Below are positions 10,166 to 17,917 of a stretch of DNA of 64,000 nt, one piece after another. A program made the position numbers and the translations under genes. The notes under the pieces are model-generated. The model made no database searches. It saw nothing but the letters and a program-made list of their open reading frames with translations, and was not told the DNA's origin. Each line of letters begins with the position of its first letter. Positions within the stretch are counted from its first letter, which is position 1. The stretch comes from an uncultured Alphaproteobacteria bacterium (GTDB lineage Bacteria; Pseudomonadota; Alphaproteobacteria; RF32; CAG-239), in contig CALXTM010000001.1 of assembly GCA_944391415.1 (NCBI GenBank), positions 64,548 through 128,547 of the forward strand, given 5' to 3'.

Positions 10166-10196
10166 GAAAAGCCCCTTTTTCAAGGGGCTTTTCTTT
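10166..10196. terminator. bidirectional rho-independent terminator between ftsI and the DUF1013 gene
   Basis: AAAAGCCCCTT-TTTC-AAGGGGCTTTT hairpin flanked by A/T runs, between convergent genes. Confidence 0.75.
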
Positions 10197-10210
10197 AATT
10201 AGGTTATAAA

Positions 10211-11119
10211 CTATTTCGACTTTTTAGTCTTACTTGATGCAACAGTCTTTTTAGCGGCTGCTTTCTTGGCCGGCGTTTTTTTAGCCACAGTCTTTTTAGC
10301 GGTTGCTTTTTTTGCAGCCGTCTTTTTAGCCGCCGGTTTCTTGGCCGTTGACTTCTTGGCTACAGTTTTTTTAGCAGCTGTTTTACGGGTTGCGGTTTTC
10401 TTGGCTGTCGCCTTTTTGGCCGATGTCTTTTTAGCTGTCATCTTTTTAGTCGGCGTCTTCTTGGCCGCAGATTTTTTAGCTGTCGTCTTTTTAGTCGGCG
10501 TCTTCTTGGCCGCAGATTTTTTGGCAGTTGTCTTTTTAGCTGATGTCTTCTTAGCTGCAGATTTTTTGGCAGCTGTCTTCTTGACTTTAGGTTTAACCGG
10601 TTTGGGTTGAGATGCTGCCAGAGCTTTTTCAATATCAACCTCTAAACATAACCCTATGGTAACCGGATTTTTGGGCTTAATAACCGACATATCTTTATGT
10701 GAGCCGTCGCGAATAGAATTGATGGTGTTCTTTGTCGTCCCGATAAGCTTACAAATAAGAGTATCTTTAATTTCGGGATAATTCTTCAATATCCAAGCAA
10801 TTGCATTGGGTTTTTCTTGACGTTGTGACGGAGACAAAACCTTTTTGGCCTTGAGATTACGAATTTTAACATTGCGTTCCATCTCGGATGCCTGCAAATT
10901 AGCTTTTTTATCTTGCTCGCAACGGTGTATCTCATCCCATGTCAGCTGACCGTTATCAATCGGAGATAACCCCCTGATGTTGCCAGAAACATCGCCATCA
11001 GCCATGGCTTGAATCTCAAGCTCGTGAATTTCACAAAAAACAGCAATCTGACGAAACGTAAGCGTCGTATTTTCAACCAGCCATACCGCTGTGGCACGAG
11101 GCATTAAAGGTGCTGTCAT
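10211..11119 (-). CDS. DUF1013 (TrcR-like) protein fused to a Lys/Ala-rich histone-H1-like tail
   Basis: The N-terminal ~160 aa ([38 protein letters not shown]...) match my recollection of alphaproteobacterial DUF1013. The C-terminal ~140 aa are AKKT/AAKK repeats. Confidence 0.75.
   Translation of the reverse strand: MTAPLMPRATAVWLVENTTLTFRQIAVFCEIHELEIQAMADGDVSGNIRGLSPIDNGQLTWDEIHRCEQDKKANLQASEMERNVKIRNLKAKKVLSPSQRQEKPNAIAWILKNYPEIKDTLICKLIGTTKNTINSIRDGSHKDMSVIKPKNPVTIGLCLEVDIEKALAASQPKPVKPKVKKTAAKKSAAKKTSAKKTTAKKSAAKKTPTKKTTAKKSAAKKTPTKKMTAKKTSAKKATAKKTATRKTAAKKTVAKKSTAKKPAAKKTAAKKATAKKTVAKKTPAKKAAAKKTVASSKTKKSK
10214..10633 (-). repeat. in-frame tandem coding repeats (AKKxxAKK units)
   Basis: Repeated units such as gtctttttagtcggcgtcttcttggccgcagatttttt occur twice in a row (about 10438-10530), with many shorter degenerate copies. 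Confidence 0.8.
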
Positions 11120-11213
11120 ATTTTTATCCTTTCATCTATAAAAAACCAATATTCAAACTGACTACAGGATAATTTTTTTATTATAAATATACAAGTTTTT
11201 TTTGTGCTTTTAA

Positions 11214-12800
11214 TTAATATTTTAATTTATAAAGCTCTGCTGTCGTTGATGATTGTTTTAATTGTTTGTCACCTAAAAATTCAAGCTCGTAACTATCTGC
11301 GCCCAAAATGGTTGCGATATCCTTGGTTACAACAATCTCATTATTATAAATATGCTCAAAAATATCTGAAACATAATGACTTAAATTTATCTCGGTTTGT
11401 TCGGCGGCTTTGATGATTGCACAACAATTACGTAAAATAATGCGTTCATCATTGTTTTCTTCGCTATAAGCTCCGATATCTTTAAGATATTCAATCGCGA
11501 ACTTGGCTCCCTCGCGGGCTTTGGAAAAATCTATCGATGTAATACCGCAATCTTCAATAACATTGCTGCCATGATATTTTTCAACCAAATTAGCTATAAT
11601 TGCCCTGATGGCTCCGCTGGTATTGCTTGAAATATCGTCTTGGTTGGGTACTGAGGCATCCAAAAATTTTAAATCACTTTTGATATTCACACGGCAGGAA
11701 GTATCAGGCTCTAAAACAGCTTGGGGGGTCGATTCTTTTACCTTCGACTCTTGCGGCTTGTCTTGGGCAGATACTTCGGGATTGCGCTGCTCTTCCCATT
11801 TGGTAAAGGCTTTGTTCAATACTTTGGTATAGAGCTTTTGATCCGTGATAATTTGATGCATCAAAAATGCTCCGACACCGGTCAAATAAATCGCAATCTT
11901 ATTATCGCTATAGCTTTGTTTGGTCTCGTAGAATTCTTCCAAATCAGCTTTCTCTCCGTCAGTAATTCTAAAAGCATCATATAAAATAGAATTAGCTTCG
12001 CTTAACTTTAGCCCGCCATATCGCGCAAGCTCTAGACACCCGCCAAAAACCAACAACTTAACACCCAATCGTGAAAACTGATTCTGCAGAGCCGACCTCA
12101 CATTAAGGTTGGATAAAATCTCACTCAAAAAATAAATCAGGTATTGTTTATATTCCAAAGGGGCCTCTGGATATGTACTGGTTTTTAAGTTTGTGATATC
12201 AGAATTTATATTATAGGCTTTGACCAAACTTTGGGCACGCTCGAAAAATTTGTCATCATTTATCGCTGTTTTGTTTTCTTTTTCCTGATTAATAAAAATA
12301 TACCACGGGATATTTTTTAAAACCAACGGCACAGCCATGGCCAAGAAAACAATGAAAAATACAAAAAACAATAACGAACTGTTATGATCTTCGCCAACAA
12401 AAATTTCTAACAGCGGAAAAACCAAGCTTACAAAAATATTGGCAAAAATAAGACTAACCAATATAAGAGCTATAAATTTGACAATTGCTTTGTAAATATT
12501 GCGACGACTGTCTGCAATATCTTGGACAACCTCGTTGGAGTCTTTTTGATAGTCAATGTTGCTTAAGGTCTTTTTGCTGCCTTTTTTGCCACCTTGATTG
12601 CTTATATATTCAACCGATTCAATATAACTGTTGTCACTTACCTCAAATGTTTCTTTGATGATTTTGACACGATTGTGTGCGGCCTCCTGCTCTTTGGCCG
12701 TTTCATAGGCTTCATGACGTTGCTCGGTGGCATAACGCTCAATTAATTGCCAGCCAGACCCCGTATCAACATAAACTTCGTAATGAACAATTTTTGTCAT
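11214..12800 (-). CDS. hypothetical membrane protein
   Basis: 528 aa: a soluble N-terminal ~100 aa, two or three hydrophobic helices (IVKFIALILVSLIFANIFVSLVFPLL, LLFFVFFIVFLAMAVPLVL), then a large C-terminal domain of unknown family. Confidence 0.65.
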   Translation of the reverse strand: MTKIVHYEVYVDTGSGWQLIERYATEQRHEAYETAKEQEAAHNRVKIIKETFEVSDNSYIESVEYISNQGGKKGSKKTLSNIDYQKDSNEVVQDIADSRRNIYKAIVKFIALILVSLIFANIFVSLVFPLLEIFVGEDHNSSLLFFVFFIVFLAMAVPLVLKNIPWYIFINQEKENKTAINDDKFFERAQSLVKAYNINSDITNLKTSTYPEAPLEYKQYLIYFLSEILSNLNVRSALQNQFSRLGVKLLVFGGCLELARYGGLKLSEANSILYDAFRITDGEKADLEEFYETKQSYSDNKIAIYLTGVGAFLMHQIITDQKLYTKVLNKAFTKWEEQRNPEVSAQDKPQESKVKESTPQAVLEPDTSCRVNIKSDLKFLDASVPNQDDISSNTSGAIRAIIANLVEKYHGSNVIEDCGITSIDFSKAREGAKFAIEYLKDIGAYSEENNDERIILRNCCAIIKAAEQTEINLSHYVSDIFEHIYNNEIVVTKDIATILGADSYELEFLGDKQLKQSSTTAELYKLKY

Positions 12801-12824
12801 CTGTAAAGACCTTTAAGATATATA

Positions 12825-12960
12825 AACTTCCACTAGCTAACGCAAGTGGTATTACCTGTTCCGAACTACGTTCGCCCTGCCCAAAGGCTTCGCAAGCCTA
12901 ACGGCTGGGCAGGTATGTCTACATCTACCTGCTTACGCAGGTAGTGTTACGTTCGAATCA
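12825..12960 (-). promoter_or_regulatory. candidate structured leader / cis-regulatory RNA upstream of the 528-aa gene
   Basis: On the minus strand: an 8-bp hairpin CUACCUGC-GUAA-GCAGGUAG (12925-12944), a nested hairpin CCUGCCCA...UGGGCAGG (12876-12913, inner AGGCUU/AAGCCU), and two copies of CGAACGUA (12867-12874 and 12948-12955) that can each pair with GUUCG (12862-12866). Confidence 0.35.
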
Positions 12961-12995
12961 TAAAAAACCTGCGCTAAGTATAACAAGCGCAGGTT
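12961..12995 (-). terminator. rho-independent terminator of rpmE
   Basis: AACCTGCGC ... GCGCAGGTT hairpin followed on the minus strand by TTTTTT. Confidence 0.75.
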
Positions 12996-13026
12996 AATAA
13001 ATCGTAAGCCTTTTTAATAAAAACAA

Positions 13027-13263
13027 CTACTCGGCATCGCCAGTTTTAATGCCAAATGCTCCGTATTTGCTCTTAAACTTGGACAACTGACCACCTGTAT
13101 CAACCAAACGACGTACGCCAGTCCATACCGGGTGAGATTTCGGATCTACCTCAAGAGTGATAACATCACCAGCTTTGCCCAAAGTAGAACGAGTAGTATA
13201 TTTCTGACCATCGGTCATTATATATGTAATCTCGTGATAGTCAGGATGAATTCCTTTTTTCAT
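13027..13263 (-). CDS. rpmE: 50S ribosomal protein L31
   Basis: MKKGIHPDYHEITYIMTDG... The likely start is the internal ATG at 13263; the ORF-track N-terminal extension looks spurious. Confidence 0.9.
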   Translation of the reverse strand: MKKGIHPDYHEITYIMTDGQKYTTRSTLGKAGDVITLEVDPKSHPVWTGVRRLVDTGGQLSKFKSKYGAFGIKTGDAE

Positions 13264-13368
13264 CTTAAAAACTCCTAAAATTTGTACCTTATTTGCAATA
13301 AATTTTATGCCCTTATACATTATGCATTTAAATAAGGCAAGCATTAATTTAAATTTTTTTTAATTTTT

Positions 13369-14259
13369 TTACATTTCGGCCAGTTCTACCATATCGGCTT
13401 TGGCAGAATCGGAATTAATATTTACAACCTTAATACTAAAATTTTTGTACCCTTGCTTAATAAGATAGCTTCTAATCTCTATGGCACGATTAAGGCTGAT
13501 TCTTTTCTTCTTAAAGCTGTCGGTTCCATCATCTTGATTGTAAGAATAAATGGCTATTTTATTATTTTTGGCATCCTTAAAAGTGCTTATGATTGTATTA
13601 ATCTTGGCCATTTGCTCGGAAGAAAGCGTATCAACCTCCGGCGCAAATTTGATGGTATTGTCGATGGCAGATGGCTGTTCTTCGGTCGGCATGGTATTAT
13701 CTATCAACAAGGCCGGCTTAGTTTCTTGGACATCACTTACCTCTGGTGCGGCAGGTTGAGATACAGCCGGTAGGTCAGAATTGGAATTGGGCTTAGCAGG
13801 ACTTGTATCGGCAGCATCTGTTGCGGCCTCTTGTGGCAACGGGGCGACATCAGCCACAGGTATTGCCCCTGGAGCATCGGGAGAGGTCGGTTCAACATCA
13901 ACAACAACCACATCAGCATCATCTTCTTGCTTGGCAACAGCCTCTTTGGACTCTTGCATGACAACCGTTTCTTTTACAGCCGGAGTTTCTTTAACCGTAA
14001 CCTTGGAAGATTTTGTTACATCAGCTTTTGGGGCTGGAAGAGAGATTTCCTCACTTTTGGGCTTTTTGGGGGATGTTGCTTTGGGTAAAACCGGTTTAGG
14101 CTCTCTTTTGGGTAAAACCGGAAACAATGGCTCTGTCGGTGCCGAATATGTTGTGTTTAGTCCGTCTAAGACCGACAAATCGACCCAAACATTTTCTTCG
14201 GCTTGAACATTGAGTGCAAAGCCGAGTATCCCAGCAAAAGCTATCATTCCCAAACGCAT
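13369..14259 (-). CDS. secreted Pro/Glu-rich protein with degenerate OmpA-like C-terminal domain
   Basis: Signal peptide MRLGMIAFAGILGFALNVQA, a low-complexity P/K/E/A/V middle, and a C-terminus IAIYSYNQDDGTDSFKKKRISLNRAIEIRSYLIKQGY that fits the OmpA_C pattern (I.I.G.TD..G...N..LS..RA..V..YL). Confidence 0.5.
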   Translation of the reverse strand: MRLGMIAFAGILGFALNVQAEENVWVDLSVLDGLNTTYSAPTEPLFPVLPKREPKPVLPKATSPKKPKSEEISLPAPKADVTKSSKVTVKETPAVKETVVMQESKEAVAKQEDDADVVVVDVEPTSPDAPGAIPVADVAPLPQEAATDAADTSPAKPNSNSDLPAVSQPAAPEVSDVQETKPALLIDNTMPTEEQPSAIDNTIKFAPEVDTLSSEQMAKINTIISTFKDAKNNKIAIYSYNQDDGTDSFKKKRISLNRAIEIRSYLIKQGYKNFSIKVVNINSDSAKADMVELAEM

Positions 14260-14281
14260 ATTTATTCCCCCTTATTTGCTG

Positions 14282-15040
14282 CTATTTCACCAAATCAAAT
14301 AATTTTTTGGCCAAATCTTCATTGGCGGCTATAATGTTGCCTTGAGACAATACCAAACCCAAATCTTCGGTTCTGATGTCTTTTTGGCCTTTGGCAAGAA
14401 TACGTCCACCAGCTTCTTTGACCAAAAGCAGGCCGGCGGCTATATCAGCAGCTTTGTTGCCTTCGGATATAATGCCGTCAAACTTGCCGGATGCCAAATA
14501 GGCAAAATCAAGACTAATTGCACCGAACTTACGCAAAGCAGCAAATTTATCCGCAAAAGCGTTGCCGGAGACTACCGATTTGGCAAGGTCTTTACGCACA
14601 GACACTCTCAGCCGCTCATGATTGCGATATCCTTCCTTGAAAGCGCCATTGCCTTTTTCTGCAAAATACATATCTGATGTTGCAGGATTATAAATCACCC
14701 CGGCCACAACCTCGGAATTAATGACCTCGGCGATGCTTACGGCAAAATACGGAATGCCATGCATAAAATTAATTTCTCCGTCCAATGGCGAAACCAAAAA
14801 ATACGAAGCTGTATCCGGCGTTTTGTCGCGATAAGAAACAACCGCATATTGCGGACGAACTTTTTGCAACTCCGCGCGCAATAATCTCAAAGTGCGATCT
14901 ATCGCCGCTTGAGTAAATTCCTCATGTCCTTTAACCGAACTTTGCAATTGTTCAATCTCGCTGAAATCACGAGACAGACCGCTGCTGGCCTTTTTGGCAA
15001 TGTTCATTAAAAGATTAAGGTTGGTAGAAATGTAAGACAT
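14282..15040 (-). CDS. suhB: inositol monophosphatase family protein
   Basis: 252 aa. LVSPLDGEINFMHG (DPxDGTxNF-type motif) and the family-typical length. Confidence 0.8.
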   Translation of the reverse strand: MSYISTNLNLLMNIAKKASSGLSRDFSEIEQLQSSVKGHEEFTQAAIDRTLRLLRAELQKVRPQYAVVSYRDKTPDTASYFLVSPLDGEINFMHGIPYFAVSIAEVINSEVVAGVIYNPATSDMYFAEKGNGAFKEGYRNHERLRVSVRKDLAKSVVSGNAFADKFAALRKFGAISLDFAYLASGKFDGIISEGNKAADIAAGLLLVKEAGGRILAKGQKDIRTEDLGLVLSQGNIIAANEDLAKKLFDLVK

Positions 15041-15603
15041 TATTTGGCTCTTTCAACATATGAGGCATCTGCCGTGGCTACAACAATCTTGTCACCGACA
15101 CCAATAAACGGCGGAACCGTCGTCCTGACACCGTTATCCAAAATAGCCGGTTTATATGATGAGGAAACAGTCTGCCCTTTGATAACAGGCTCGGTCTCCG
15201 TAACCTCGCAAATTACCTGAAGAGGCAACTCAACCGAAATCGGTTTGCCGTCAATAACGCTTACCTTAACTTCCATACCGTCGGTCAAGAACGGACGAGA
15301 ATCGCCCAAAATATCAGACGGCATAGCAAATTGCTCATAGGTATCGTTTTCCATAAAAGTCAAACCAGTAGAATCTTCATACAAAAACTGACAATCTTTA
15401 GTTTCTACCATCAACTTTTCGACCATATCTTCGGTACGGAAACGTTCGTTGGTTTTGGTTCCTTCTTCAACAGATTTCATCTCAACCTGCATAAAAGCTC
15501 CGCCTTTGCCAGGTTTTACAAAATTGGTTTTAATAACCGTCCAAGGTTTTCCTTTGTATTCAATAACCCAACCGATACGTATTGATCCGGCTTGCTGTTT
15601 CAT
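15040..15603 (-). CDS. efp: elongation factor P
   Basis: 187 aa. VKPGKGGAFMQVEMK loop with the conserved modified Lys. Three-domain length. Confidence 0.9.
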   Translation of the reverse strand: MKQQAGSIRIGWVIEYKGKPWTVIKTNFVKPGKGGAFMQVEMKSVEEGTKTNERFRTEDMVEKLMVETKDCQFLYEDSTGLTFMENDTYEQFAMPSDILGDSRPFLTDGMEVKVSVIDGKPISVELPLQVICEVTETEPVIKGQTVSSSYKPAILDNGVRTTVPPFIGVGDKIVVATADASYVERAK

Positions 15604-15673
15604 CTTATTTACTCCTTCATAAATTTGTTCTTATATATTATTTTTACTAGCAAACTAATATAAACTTTGTTTT

Positions 15674-16180
15674 TTAGCAACCAAAATTTTCAAAATTTTT
15701 TGCTTCCACAATAACAAAATCAACCTCGGGAAGTTGATTAATCCGATCTTTAATGTCAGCAACCAAGGCAAGCGGAATCAAAAAAAGATCATTATACCAG
15801 GAAACAACCTCGTCCAAATCAGTTGAATTGGTTTGCTTAAACGCAATAAATTCCGGCTCAACCTCCCCTGCCAGCATTGCCTCATGACGGCGAGCAGGTA
15901 TAATCACTCCCAATGTCTTCTTTTTTAGTTCCTCTCGCAAAGGCTTAAGTTGGGCTTTGACAGGTTTGGTGACATCAATCTCTTTGATCAAGCCATCAAG
16001 ATTATACTTACGGCAGATATCTAAAGCATCGGGTCCCATGGCCAAAACCATTTTATCGGTTGCTTGCACTTGTTTTATTGTCGCAGCCGGCAACGTATCC
16101 TCAACAATATAGCAACTGATTTTATCAGAGCAAAAAATATGGTCCGTGTTTTTTTTGATATAAAGGATTATCTGTGGCAT
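15674..16180 (-). CDS. hypothetical protein, possibly a thiamine-phosphate-synthase-like (TMP-TENI fold) remnant
   Basis: 168 aa. The only hint is HEAMLAGEVEPEFIAF, which resembles the H..A......GADY.AF segment of ThiE-like proteins. Confidence 0.3.
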   Translation of the reverse strand: MPQIILYIKKNTDHIFCSDKISCYIVEDTLPAATIKQVQATDKMVLAMGPDALDICRKYNLDGLIKEIDVTKPVKAQLKPLREELKKKTLGVIIPARRHEAMLAGEVEPEFIAFKQTNSTDLDEVVSWYNDLFLIPLALVADIKDRINQLPEVDFVIVEAKNFENFGC

Positions 16181-16259
16181 AATTTGCTTTATCTCTTGTA
16201 AAAGTTGGCAGGATGTTTATTATGTCCTTACTCAAGATAATAAAAAAATATTTTTAAAT

Positions 16260-16517
16260 GTGAAAGAAAAATCAGCAATGGACGATAAAATTTTTGATTT
16301 TGCAAAAACCAAAGATGCTTTGAGCCAGCTGTCTGCTGACTTGATAGAGCTTAGTTCTGCCGTCAAGATAAAACAAACCAAACTTACTGCCAATCAACAA
16401 CAGGCCGAAAAAACAATCCAAAATCTTGAGCTGAAAATCGCCGAGTTGGATAAATCGCTGCAATCGGCAATTGCCGAAATAGACTTGATTAATAATTACA
16501 TTGAGGAGGCATTGTAG
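16260..16517 (+). CDS. coiled-coil protein, DUF4164/ZauP-like (ZapA partner)
   Basis: 85-aa all-coiled-coil ORF directly upstream of zapA, as in other alphaproteobacteria. GTG start at 16260, or ATG at 16278. Confidence 0.55.
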   Translation: MKEKSAMDDKIFDFAKTKDALSQLSADLIELSSAVKIKQTKLTANQQQAEKTIQNLELKIAELDKSLQSAIAEIDLINNYIEEAL

Positions 16518-16523
16518 AAGAAC

Positions 16524-16865
16524 ATGGCACAGGTTACCATTACTATTAATGCCCGAGAATATGCAATTGCTTGTGAAGATGGGCAGGAATTCAGAATTAT
16601 GCAGCTGGCGCGAATCCTTGATGAAAAAGCCAGACTTTTGACCGATGGCGGCAATCAAATAAGCGAAAGTATGTTGTTGGCAATGGTTGGACTATTGCTG
16701 GCTGACGAAATAAGTGAGCTTAAAAAGAATGCCGGCAAAAACGAATCCACCCCATCAGCTGATATTGCAGAGTCGGTAGCAAAAATTGACACAGAACTGG
16801 CGGAATCCGTAAAAAATTTGAGTGGCAAGTTGAAAGTTCTTGCCAATGAAATAAATTTGTTATAG
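16524..16865 (+). CDS. zapA: cell division protein ZapA
   Basis: 113 aa. MAQVTITINAREYAIACEDGQE... is the typical ZapA N-terminal beta motif, followed by a coiled coil. Confidence 0.8.
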   Translation: MAQVTITINAREYAIACEDGQEFRIMQLARILDEKARLLTDGGNQISESMLLAMVGLLLADEISELKKNAGKNESTPSADIAESVAKIDTELAESVKNLSGKLKVLANEINLL

Positions 16866-16876
16866 TATACTGGCAT

Positions 16877-17049
16877 AAGAGCTTTTAGAGACTGCGTAGT
16901 GCGTAGATTAGCAGGTCTTCCGAGCCAACATTATTGTATAGGGAGCTGTCTCTGAATAAATCGTGGTTTATTTATATGGCACCCACTTATTGACCCGCGG
17001 TTCGTTTCAAGAATGTATTATACGGCTAAACGGTTTCTAGCAATTCTTA
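16877..17049 (+). ncRNA. ssrS: candidate 6S RNA
   Basis: 263-nt non-coding gap directly after zapA, the conserved ssrS location. Long-range closing stem: UUAGAGACUG (16885-16894) pairs with CGGUUUCUAG (17031-17040), and AAGAG (16877-16881) pairs with UUCUU (17045-17049). Ends are approximate. Confidence 0.55.
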
Positions 17050-17069
17050 AGTTAAGCATGCTAAATAAA

Positions 17070-17104
17070 GGGGCTCCGTTTATTCAAACGGAGCTCCTTT
17101 TATT
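17070..17104 (+). terminator. rho-independent terminator
   Basis: GGGGCTCCGTTT-ATTC-AAACGGAGCTCC hairpin followed by TTTTATT. Confidence 0.8.
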
Positions 17105-17128
17105 AAATCTTTTTGAGGATGAAAGTTT

Positions 17129-17917
17129 TTGAAAATCGTATACCTTGGCGATATTGTCGCCAGACCCGGTCGAGAGGCTGTTAGATCAGCTCTACGGGAG
17201 CTAAAAGAATTATATAAATTTGATGTGTTGATTGCCAATATTGATAATGCGGCTCACGGTTTCGGATGCACGCCCAAAATCTGCAAACAATTGCTGGAAG
17301 CCGGAGTTACCGCCATGGTGACCGGCGATCATGTGTGGGATCAAAAAGAAATTTTGCCTTTTTTGGATGACAACAAAAGAATTGTCAGACCGCTTAATTA
17401 TGCCTCTAATCTGCCGGGTTGCGGAGCCAGAGAAATACCTGTCGACACTGGGCAAAAACTGTTGTTGATAGAGGTCGTCGGACGAGTATTTATGGAAGAT
17501 GTCGCATCCCCGTTGGATGCTGTGGAAGAAATTTTACATAAATACACGTTAGGCCAAAATATTGATGCCATCTTTATTGATATTCATGCTGAAGCGACAG
17601 CTGAAAAACAAGCTTTTGCACGCTATTTTGACGGCAAAGTGTCGGCAGTAATCGGGTCTCATACCCATGTACCTACCAATGATGCAACTATTTTACCCAA
17701 AGGTTCGGCCTATCAAACAGATGCCGGGATGTGTGGCGACTATAACGGAGTTATCGGATTTAACGAACAAGCACCCATTGCCCGCTTAAAAGATAAAAAG
17801 TCGTCTTGTCGCCTTGAGCCTTGCACCGGCAAAGCAACCATTTGCGGAACTTTTATCGAAACAGACGATAAAACCGGTTTGGCAAAATCCATCGCCTTGA
17901 TAAAATTTAATCTATAA
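17129..17917 (+). CDS. YmdB-like metallophosphoesterase (TIGR00282 family)
   Basis: TTG start with a GAGGA 9 nt upstream. MKIVYLGDIVARPGR..., NIDNAAHGFG, GDHVWD and GSHTHVPTND metallophosphoesterase motifs. Confidence 0.8.
   Translation: MKIVYLGDIVARPGREAVRSALRELKELYKFDVLIANIDNAAHGFGCTPKICKQLLEAGVTAMVTGDHVWDQKEILPFLDDNKRIVRPLNYASNLPGCGAREIPVDTGQKLLLIEVVGRVFMEDVASPLDAVEEILHKYTLGQNIDAIFIDIHAEATAEKQAFARYFDGKVSAVIGSHTHVPTNDATILPKGSAYQTDAGMCGDYNGVIGFNEQAPIARLKDKKSSCRLEPCTGKATICGTFIETDDKTGLAKSIALIKFNL

Noticed and set aside
10266-10610. 114-aa + strand ORF with striking FLA(V/A)(V/D)F repeats, which looks like a repetitive hydrophobic protein
   Set aside because: It is the exact antisense reading of the Lys/Ala (AAG/GCx) repeat tail of the DUF1013 gene. 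It has no RBS and its repeat phase mirrors the minus-strand gene.
10214-10633. Tandem DNA repeats that could be mistaken for a CRISPR or VNTR array
   Set aside because: The units are contiguous with no unique spacers, are in frame, and encode the AKK repeat tail. This is a coding repeat, not a CRISPR array.
12947-12960. GTTCGAAT, a tRNA T-loop-like sequence suggesting a tRNA or tmRNA fragment
   Set aside because: The flanking bases do not form a 5-bp T stem (TTACG versus CATAA). No acceptor or anticodon arms can be drawn.
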